A stretch of 64,000 nt of DNA from Terriglobia bacterium (GTDB taxonomy: Bacteria; Acidobacteriota; Terriglobia; Acidiferrales; UBA7541), in the NCBI GenBank assembly GCA_963695545.1, contig OY968796.1, positions 1,120,001 to 1,184,000 of the forward strand. The letters are read 5' to 3'. Position 1 is the first letter of the stretch, and each line of letters starts with the position of its first letter. Under the pieces are notes generated by a model. The model was not told the DNA's origin and did not search any database. It was given only the letters and a program-made list of their open reading frames with translations. A program made the translations under genes and the position numbers. This document shows, one piece after another, positions 57,472 through 64,000 of the stretch.

Positions 57472-58353
57472 TTGTCCAATCACGTTCACTCGGCTCCGCC
57501 GATCGTGCTGACCATCGCCGGCTTTGATCCCTCATGCGGCGCGGGCGTCGCGGCGGATCTGAAGACTTTCGCGGCGCACAATTGCTACGGCGTCGCCGTG
57601 GTCGCGGCGCTCACCGTGCAGTCCACGCAGGGCGTGAAATCCACGCACATTACTCCGGCGGCCACTTTGCGCGCGCAGCTTGACGCGCTCGCCGACGACG
57701 TGCAACTCGCCGGCATCAAGATCGGCATGCTGGGCAATCGCGCGAACGCCATGGTGGTTGCCGAATTTCTCGATCGCGTGAATTGCGCGAACGTGGTGCT
57801 CGATCCTGTAGTGAAGCCTTCGCTCGGCGGCGCGGATTTGCTCGATGCGGCAGGCGTCAGATATGTCGCGGAGGAATTGCTGCGGCGCGCGACGGTCGTG
57901 ACGCCGAACATCGCCGAAGCCGAGCTGCTGGCCGGAATTGAAATTAAAGACGTCGCCGCAATGGAAGCTGCGGCGCGAAAAATCGTGGAGCGCGGCGCGC
58001 GCGCGGTAATCGTCAAGGGCGGCCACATGGATAAGCCCGTCGACGTGCTCTTCGACGGCACGGACGTCGTGGCGCTCGGCGGTGAACACGTGCGCACGCA
58101 GAATACACACGGATCCGGCTGCACGTATGCGGCGGCGGTTGCCGCCATGCTCGCTTGCGGCCGCTCGCTATCCGAGTCCGCGACGCTCGCCAAGGCTTAC
58201 GTCACCAAGGCGATGGAAAATGGATTCGCCATCGGCAAAGGCCCCGGCTCGCTCGATCATTTTTACCGTGTTCACCACGAGCCGCCCCCGCGCGGCGTCC
58301 ACGAAGTGCCGCAGCACGGAATGCATCCGGCCGCCGAGCCCGCCACTCGATAA
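57472..58353 (+). CDS. thiD: Hydroxymethylpyrimidine/phosphomethylpyrimidine kinase
   Basis: LTIAGFDPSCGAG..ADLK, KIGML, TPN..EA and THGSGC motifs. Confidence 0.93.
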   Translation: MSNHVHSAPPIVLTIAGFDPSCGAGVAADLKTFAAHNCYGVAVVAALTVQSTQGVKSTHITPAATLRAQLDALADDVQLAGIKIGMLGNRANAMVVAEFLDRVNCANVVLDPVVKPSLGGADLLDAAGVRYVAEELLRRATVVTPNIAEAELLAGIEIKDVAAMEAAARKIVERGARAVIVKGGHMDKPVDVLFDGTDVVALGGEHVRTQNTHGSGCTYAAAVAAMLACGRSLSESATLAKAYVTKAMENGFAIGKGPGSLDHFYRVHHEPPPRGVHEVPQHGMHPAAEPATR

Positions 58354-58460
58354 CCCGGCACACTCTTTTTCCAATGAGCGCGGCGTTCCGCTCGGCAAAG
58401 CCTCAAGCATCCTCTCCCGAATTTTCGATGATTAGAATCTTGGAGTAGAGGGAGACTTAT

Positions 58461-58949
58461 TTGAACGTGACCGCTGCGTGGACCAATTTTCTTGTCGCCG
58501 AAGCCGGCGCCTCCGCCGCGCTTGCCGGCCTGATTTTTGTGGCCGTCTCGATCAACGTAAAAAAGATCATCGAGTACCAGGGTGTTGCCGGCCGTGCCGC
58601 GGAAGCCCTCGCTTTACTGATCGGCGTCCTGCTCATATCCACGTTCGGATTGGCGCCAAATCAATCGGAAAAATTGCTGGGGTCCGAGATCTTGGCAGTC
58701 GGAGGCCTGTCATGGGTGATGACGGTGATTCTTCAAACGGGTCAACTCGGTGCCAGACGCCGTGCCTGGTGGTGGCTCGCCACTCGCGCGCTCTTATGCC
58801 AGTGCGCTACAGTTCCCTTTTGCATCGCCGGGATTCTACTAATTCGCGGCAATCCCGACGGTATGTATTGGCTGATCCCCGGCTGCGTCTTTACATTCCT
58901 AGCATCCACGATCAGCGCCTGGGTCCTTCTGATCGAAATCCTCCGCTAG
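58461..58949 (+). CDS. Small multi-pass membrane protein
   Basis: W..F..A.AGASAAL.GLIFVA.SIN ... AWVLL.EILR; several TM segments. Confidence 0.75.
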   Translation: MNVTAAWTNFLVAEAGASAALAGLIFVAVSINVKKIIEYQGVAGRAAEALALLIGVLLISTFGLAPNQSEKLLGSEILAVGGLSWVMTVILQTGQLGARRRAWWWLATRALLCQCATVPFCIAGILLIRGNPDGMYWLIPGCVFTFLASTISAWVLLIEILR

Positions 58950-59087
58950 CTCCGGACCATTTCATCGCCTCGAGCCAACCGGATACCGATCGACGACGCC
59001 ACGCATCGTTGGGACTTACATACTTAACTTCTAATCCCCAAACCCCTTAAAAACAAAAGACTTAGCGGTGTGTTAAGCGGAGGATTT

Positions 59088-60008
59088 ATGCGTTGGAAGA
59101 AAATCATTCAAATCGGATTACTAAGTGTGTTTGTTGTACTCTTGTGGGCCACCTACTTGAACAAACTGCCCGTTGTTTTTGTCCATCCAAAAGCACATCC
59201 GGCTTTCGTGTTGAAGAACGAGGTTCGGGTCGGAATTACTCAAGGGGTTTCTATAAATAACGCGGAAAAAGACAGCCAGTATTTTCTTTTCGGGGTCGGG
59301 CGCGGGCGTACCTCTGAGATTAAAATTTCCGACACTAATGTTCGCCCCGTCTTTATAGTGGTCGGGTGTCAGAAGCGCGAGTGGGGGAAATTGGTCTTTG
59401 CCGTAAACAGGCGGGACGGGGAGATTCTCGATACGGTCAACAAACAGGGTGTTACTGGCGTAAGAGATAATTTCCGCCGGGGTGTTTCCGAGATTTGCCG
59501 CCTTGAAGGTGTGAATCCCGCTTCCAGTTTCAACGAAGAAACTGACCCAAGGACGCGCCGCCGATATAGCGGCCTGAGCGTTGAGCAACGCGGCGTTGGC
59601 GGCATTGCGAGTTTGAATTGCTGTGTTTTCGAGGTGGGCGGTTTGTTGTTTGATGGTCTCTCCTTGCCCATGAATTTCTTTCATAGTTCGCCACAAATAG
59701 TAGGCTTGTACTCCCCCAACAATGACCAGAAAAATGTCAAAAACATACAAGAACCAATCGGGGCCAGCGTTTCCGTTTATGTTTACAGAGATTACGGGGA
59801 TGTTGAGGGAGTCCTTTCCATTCTTGGCATTTTGTGCCTCTCCATGTACGTCTGTGCTTTGAGTCTGTGGTGCATTCTCGACAAGCGGTACTTTTGGCGC
59901 GGCGGTCTGTTGATTATCGTTTGCCTGACTCTGGATTTTTGGGGGTGTACTTCCGCGCTCTACCACGTCTTTCCGTGGCACTTGTGGCGCTGTTTGAGCG
60001 GCAATTAA
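59088..60008 (+). CDS. Antisense ORF within the IS cargo, possible membrane protein
   Basis: GGAGG 4 nt before ATG 59088; N-terminal and C-terminal hydrophobic segments; overlaps the minus-strand gene almost entirely. Confidence 0.35.
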   Translation: MRWKKIIQIGLLSVFVVLLWATYLNKLPVVFVHPKAHPAFVLKNEVRVGITQGVSINNAEKDSQYFLFGVGRGRTSEIKISDTNVRPVFIVVGCQKREWGKLVFAVNRRDGEILDTVNKQGVTGVRDNFRRGVSEICRLEGVNPASSFNEETDPRTRRRYSGLSVEQRGVGGIASLNCCVFEVGGLLFDGLSLPMNFFHSSPQIVGLYSPNNDQKNVKNIQEPIGASVSVYVYRDYGDVEGVLSILGILCLSMYVCALSLWCILDKRYFWRGGLLIIVCLTLDFWGCTSALYHVFPWHLWRCLSGN

Positions 60009-60038
60009 CAATGTGGTCGTGAAGAAAAGTCTAAGCAC
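59121..60038 (-). CDS. IS passenger: membrane-anchored protein of unknown function
   Basis: GTG start after AGAAGG; signal-like N-terminus, TM, coiled coil, then an RPWV-initiated beta-rich domain. Confidence 0.7.
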   Translation of the reverse strand: MLRLFFTTTLLIAAQTAPQVPRKDVVERGSTPPKIQSQANDNQQTAAPKVPLVENAPQTQSTDVHGEAQNAKNGKDSLNIPVISVNINGNAGPDWFLYVFDIFLVIVGGVQAYYLWRTMKEIHGQGETIKQQTAHLENTAIQTRNAANAALLNAQAAISAARPWVSFFVETGSGIHTFKAANLGNTPAEIISYASNTLFVDRIENLPVPPVYGKDQFPPLALLTPDHYKDGANISVGNFNLRGTPAPDPEKKILAVFFRVIYRNPLSNSDPNLVLQHESRMCFWMDKNNGQFVQVGGPQEYNKHT

Positions 60039-60111
60039 TTTTGACCTTCTTTCGTTTCTCTTTCTTCGGCCTATAAGCCAACACACGATCAACTACTTGC
60101 ACTAGCGTCAT
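60031..60111 (-). CDS. 26-aa basic micro-ORF between transposase and passenger
   Basis: MTLVQVVDRVLAYRPKKEKRKKVKSA*; its stop overlaps the passenger start (GTGCTTAG). Confidence 0.35.
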   Translation of the reverse strand: MTLVQVVDRVLAYRPKKEKRKKVKSA

Positions 60112-60155
60112 ACCCGCCAGCGAGAGCCTTTGCTGGTACTTCTTTTTCGCGCGTT

Positions 60156-61079
60156 TTAGTTTGCGTTTGATATGAGCCTCGCGTGAGTCAGTCTCTTTCC
60201 GGCCACCGCATCAACAAAGCTGTCGAGACGGTCTAGCGAATGGCGCTTTACGTTGCCTTCATTCAAGCGCCAAGTGAATTCGTTGACGTATCGGGCGATA
60301 TGTTTCTTGCTGGCATGATGATAAACGCCGTGCAAACCACGGCGCATAACAGCAAATACCGACTCTACGGAGTTGGTTGTGACACCATCTTTCGAGTAAA
60401 TCTCTTTGCTGTGATTCACGCTCTTGTGGACGTAATCTCCGCGAAGATGCTTATACGCTGCGAGTTCGTCTGTGTGAAGTGTAGAGCCCGATTCAACGTT
60501 TTGGCGGACAATAGTGTTTATTCCGCGTGCGCCTACGCTTCCAGCAACAACGCCGCGAGCACGTCCGCCTTTTTCTCGCATCCCGATAATGGCTGTTTTC
60601 TCCGGTACGCCGAGATCGCCGTAGAGACGTTGTTTCATGTGTTTGTTTTGCTCTTTGCCGCCGAGATAGACCTCGTCAACTTCGACTGTGCCCTTGAGCA
60701 ACGTCGCATCATCGGCGCACGCTTCGCGGAGACGTTGGAGAACGAACCACGCGCTCTTTTGAGTTATGCCAACCTCTTTAGCCAACTGCATCGAACTGAT
60801 TCCCTTACGGGCCGTAATGAGCAAGTACATGGCGTAGACCCATTTGTGAAGTGGCACATGGGAACGTTCAAATATCGTGGCTGTTCGGATGGTAAAAACT
60901 AGCTCACAGGCGTTGCAATAGTAATAGCCGTCTTTCTTCGCGTGTACCCGCTCCGTTTTGGAGCAAGTCGGGCAGGTCGCGCCGTTCTTCCAAAGGCGGG
61001 ATTCGAGATACTTCCGCGCGGCCTCAGAGTCTGGATAGAGTTCAAAGAGTTTGAAGGTGCTGATAGTTGTTCGGCTCAT
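60156..61079 (-). CDS. IS1595-family DDE transposase
   Basis: CPTC/CNAC zinc ribbon, HTH, and VEVDE, LHTDE, VNHS, TNSVES and Y.NEF.WR.N motifs. Confidence 0.95.
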   Translation of the reverse strand: MSRTTISTFKLFELYPDSEAARKYLESRLWKNGATCPTCSKTERVHAKKDGYYYCNACELVFTIRTATIFERSHVPLHKWVYAMYLLITARKGISSMQLAKEVGITQKSAWFVLQRLREACADDATLLKGTVEVDEVYLGGKEQNKHMKQRLYGDLGVPEKTAIIGMREKGGRARGVVAGSVGARGINTIVRQNVESGSTLHTDELAAYKHLRGDYVHKSVNHSKEIYSKDGVTTNSVESVFAVMRRGLHGVYHHASKKHIARYVNEFTWRLNEGNVKRHSLDRLDSFVDAVAGKRLTHARLISNAN

Positions 61080-61085
61080 GGACTA

Positions 61086-61114
61086 ATTATGCCTAAGAAG
61101 TGTTTGGAAGTCAA
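61086..61114 (-). promoter_or_regulatory. Transposase promoter (-35 inside the TIR)
   Basis: TTGACT-17-CATAAT, then 6 nt to the ATG. Confidence 0.65.
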
Positions 61115-61138
61115 GTATATAAGTCCCGCATCGTTCGG

Positions 61139-61168
61139 TTGACGCCGTGTGAAGTGCGCCCGTATAAT
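61139..61168 (+). promoter_or_regulatory. Sigma70-type promoter of rplU-rpmA
   Basis: TTGACG-18-TATAAT; SD AGGAGG upstream of rplU. Confidence 0.75.
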
Positions 61169-61198
61169 GTTCTTTCCCACTAGTGTGCAGGAGGGTAG

Positions 61199-61513
61199 AT
61201 GTACGCCGTAATTCGCAGTGGCAGCAAGCAGTACCGCGTCGCGCCGGGCGAAACCGTGCGCGTCGAAACCCTGCCGGGCAAGATCGGCGGCAAGGTCACA
61301 TTCGACGACGTCCTCGCGGTTCGCACCGACGAGCCGAAGCTTATGACCGGCGACGCCCTCGGCAAAGTCACCGTCACCGGCAAGATCGTCGAGCAGGGCC
61401 GCGCGAAAAAAGTGATCGTGCTGAAATTCCGCAGGACCAAGCAATACAAGATTCGCACCGGGCACAGGCAGAACTACACGGCCGTCGAAGTCGGCGAAAT
61501 CAAGCTGCCTTAA
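61199..61513 (+). CDS. rplU: 50S ribosomal protein L21
   Basis: MYAVIRSGSKQYRV and GHRQ motifs. Confidence 0.97.
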   Translation: MYAVIRSGSKQYRVAPGETVRVETLPGKIGGKVTFDDVLAVRTDEPKLMTGDALGKVTVTGKIVEQGRAKKVIVLKFRRTKQYKIRTGHRQNYTAVEVGEIKLP

Positions 61514-61540
61514 GCTTCCCGTTCAAAAAGAGGATTCCTG

Positions 61541-61822
61541 ATGGCACACAAAAAAGGCGGCGGTTCTTCGGTCAATGGACGCGATTCTCAGGGCCAGCGC
61601 CTCGGCGTAAAGCGCTTCGGCGGCGAAGTGGTCCACGCGGGCACGATCCTGATTCGCCAGCGCGGCACGCGCCACAAGCCCGGCCGCAACGTCCGCCGCG
61701 GCAAGGACGACACGCTGTTCGCCACCATCAACGGAGTCGTTCTGTTCGAGGATAAGGGACGCGACGGCCGCTACATCAGCGTGCTGCCGCAGGTGCAAGC
61801 CGAGTCCGCAGCGCAAGCCTGA
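61541..61822 (+). CDS. rpmA: 50S ribosomal protein L27
   Basis: [20 protein letters not shown] motif. Confidence 0.98.
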   Translation: MAHKKGGGSSVNGRDSQGQRLGVKRFGGEVVHAGTILIRQRGTRHKPGRNVRRGKDDTLFATINGVVLFEDKGRDGRYISVLPQVQAESAAQA

Positions 61823-61885
61823 ACCAAGCTGCAACTTTATTTTTATTTTCTTCCGCGTTCGGCAAACATCCGCGAAATATTTTTC

Positions 61886-62890
61886 TTAGTGTGCGCCTTT
61901 ATCGGGGGCGGGCTTCGCTTCAAGTATAAACGCCTGGCCGCGCGCGGCGTTCAGCGTCACGGTTTTTCCGAGATCGATTCGGTCGAGAGGAATCGCGTTC
62001 GCGCCGCCGTAGTTCGTGACGTAGTGCAGCTCGCCGCCTTCCACCCAGTACGCCGTCAGGCCGTACATCGAGCCATCTTTAAGTTGCAGCAGCGTGAGCT
62101 GCGGCGTCGCGTCGGCCGTTGCTGTCGGGTCGTCAGGCGAAGCGGCGACAACTTCATCGTCCGAAGAATAATCCGGCTCCGCAGACTCATCATCGTAGTC
62201 GGGCCCATAGGTGAGGCCGGCGTAGCCTTGTTGTCCGAAGCATCCGAGCGCGCCGTTATCCAGGTTGTTGTACAGGAAAGATTGATCGTAAGCCGCCCAT
62301 CCGAAGGGATCGCAGAACGGCGTTCCGAACGCGCCAAAGAAAAGAAATCCCGAATGCCGAAATCGGAAATAATCGCGACCAGCATGATCGAACGACGTGT
62401 GACCCATCCATTCCCGATTACCGCGTTCGGATCGCTCGCTGGCCGCGCCGATCTGAAACGACGCGCGCGAATTCGCCGTGGCCGGCCTCAAAGGCAGCAT
62501 GCTGGCCGTAAACCGAGGGCTCTCTTCAAACCCGAAATCGCTGAAGCGAATTCCGCCGTGACTGGTGAATACGGCAGCGCTTCCGCCGCCGGCGCCTGTT
62601 ACGTGCATTCCTGTTCCTGGGTAGGTGTAAGACTCAGAAGAGCCGCGCGCGCCGCTGTAAGCCACACTGCGACCGCCCGAATAGCTCGAACCACCAGAGA
62701 CGTGGACCGAAGAAGAGCCGCCGCCATACGAGCGGCTTTCGCCGCCACTGCTTGGGTGCGATCCGCCGCCGGCACTGAAGTGGCCGCCACCACCGCCACC
62801 GTGGCTCGCGCCGCCGCCACGTTGCGCGACAGCCGGTACCGCAGCCAGCGCGAAAACACAAAGACCCGCCAATTGACGAAAGAGCTTCAT
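61886..62890 (-). CDS. Exported Gly/Ser-rich protein of unknown function
   Basis: Signal peptide ending AVA-Q; G/S-rich arm; C-terminal L.LKDG..Y...YWV..G.LHY domain. Confidence 0.75.
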   Translation of the reverse strand: MKLFRQLAGLCVFALAAVPAVAQRGGGASHGGGGGGHFSAGGGSHPSSGGESRSYGGGSSSVHVSGGSSYSGGRSVAYSGARGSSESYTYPGTGMHVTGAGGGSAAVFTSHGGIRFSDFGFEESPRFTASMLPLRPATANSRASFQIGAASERSERGNREWMGHTSFDHAGRDYFRFRHSGFLFFGAFGTPFCDPFGWAAYDQSFLYNNLDNGALGCFGQQGYAGLTYGPDYDDESAEPDYSSDDEVVAASPDDPTATADATPQLTLLQLKDGSMYGLTAYWVEGGELHYVTNYGGANAIPLDRIDLGKTVTLNAARGQAFILEAKPAPDKGAH

Positions 62891-63095
62891 AGCAGGCGGG
62901 GACGCCGAGGGCATTATACTCTTCCCGGGCCAAATCAAGCACGCAAGTTCGATTTCGCGTGACGAGCACCGAAGCTGACGCGCGCGGGCAGGCGAGTCGT
63001 AACCAGGTGTGCGGTAGCGTAATCTAATTGCTCGAGGATTCAACCGAATCTGCCGGCAGAGCGGATTGCATCTCCGCGCGGAGCGCGCAACCCAG

Positions 63096-64000
63096 ATGTT
63101 TGTTGACGAAGCCAAAATTTACGTGAAGGCCGGCGGCGGCGGAAACGGCTGCATGGCCTTCCGCCGGGAAAAATTCGTGCCGCGCGGCGGACCCTCCGGC
63201 GGCGACGGCGGCGCGGGCGGAAGCATCGTGCTCGAAGCCACGCCGCATGACAACACGCTGTTGCGCTACCGCTACAACCGCGAATTCCGCGCCGACCGTG
63301 GACGTCACGGCGAAGGCTCGAACTGCACCGGCCATTCCGGCGAGGACATGATACTGACGGTGCCGATAGGTACGCTTGTGTTCGACGATCAATCCGGCGA
63401 TCTGCTCGCCGACCTCACCACCGCCGGCCAGCGCGTCACCGTCGCGCAGGGCGGACACGGCGGCCGCGGCAATCAACATTTTGCGAAGCCCTGGCATCAG
63501 GCACCTCGCGAATTCGAGCCAGGCCAACCGGGCGAAGAGCGGCACTTGCGTCTCGAATTGCGCCTGCTCGCCGACGTCGGCCTTGTAGGCTTTCCCAACG
63601 CCGGTAAGTCCACGCTGATCTCGCGCATTTCCGCGGCGCGCCCGAAGATCGCCGATTATCCCTTCACCACGCTTGAGCCGCATCTCGGCGTCGTCTCCGA
63701 AGGCGACCCCGCCCGCGGCGGCGCGCGCACGTTCGTCGTCGCCGATCTGCCCGGCCTGATCGAAGGCGCGCACACAGGTGTGGGGCTAGGCGTGCGTTTT
63801 CTGCGTCACATCGAACGCACACGCCTCGTTGCGCACTTGATCGACACCAGCGACGCGTCCATCACCGATCCCGTGCGCGATTTCGAGATCATCGAAGGCG
63901 AACTGGCCGCCGCCAGCGCCGGCCTTGCCGAAAAAACAAAACTGGTCGTCGCCACCAAACTCGATGCCACAACCGATCGCACGCGTCTCAATCGTCTGCG
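63096..64000 (+). CDS. obgE: GTPase Obg/CgtA (runs off the window end)
   Basis: [40 protein letters not shown] and DLPGLIEGA motifs. Confidence 0.97.
   Translation, partial: MFVDEAKIYVKAGGGGNGCMAFRREKFVPRGGPSGGDGGAGGSIVLEATPHDNTLLRYRYNREFRADRGRHGEGSNCTGHSGEDMILTVPIGTLVFDDQSGDLLADLTTAGQRVTVAQGGHGGRGNQHFAKPWHQAPREFEPGQPGEERHLRLELRLLADVGLVGFPNAGKSTLISRISAARPKIADYPFTTLEPHLGVVSEGDPARGGARTFVVADLPGLIEGAHTGVGLGVRFLRHIERTRLVAHLIDTSDASITDPVRDFEIIEGELAAASAGLAEKTKLVVATKLDATTDRTRLNRL

Larger units (their letters stand above)
59011..61127 (-). mobile_element. IS1595-family insertion sequence with passenger genes (2117 bp)
   Basis: TIRs GGGACTTACATACTTAACTTCTAA / GGGACTTATATACTTGACTTCCAA (21/24 identical). 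8-bp TSD GCATCGTT at 59003-59010 and 61128-61135. Confidence 0.95.

Noticed and set aside
1..64000. tRNA, rRNA or prophage genes
   Set aside because: None were recognised by eye; a tRNAscan-SE/Infernal run would be needed to exclude them formally.

Overview
64 kb of a GC-rich bacterial chromosome, most consistent with Acidobacteriota (inferred from gene content: PEP-CTERM protein, futalosine mqnA/mqnC, bshB1, pyrR-pyrB-pyrC). The backbone is housekeeping: pyrRBC, dprA-topA-xerC, mqnAC, RNase HI, gatB, btuFCD-btuB with two cobalamin riboswitches, serS, a Glu/Leu/Phe/Val dehydrogenase, thiD and rplU-rpmA-obg. It also carries an envelope cluster with exported M16 and TldD/TldE peptidase pairs, a CDF transporter, two GT-C paralogues and a GH18-CE4-GT2 fusion. 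Three accessory patches are visibly lower in GC. (i) About 2.4-4.5 kb: a PD-(D/E)XK nuclease with a PUA/EVE-like C-terminal domain plus a frameshift-hidden Nmad2-like gene, a candidate modification-linked defence pair. (ii) About 16.9-23.6 kb: an ars operon followed by a hydrolase/AraC/TetR block (the drop in GC is clearest in the AraC/TetR part). (iii) 59011-61127: a complete IS1595-family element with 24-bp TIRs and an 8-bp TSD, whose cargo is open on both strands. A ~340-bp promoter-bearing element that does not look protein-coding occurs twice (2425-2762 minus, 23200-23540 plus), each time at an accessory/core junction. All family calls come from motif recognition by eye; no database searches were run.
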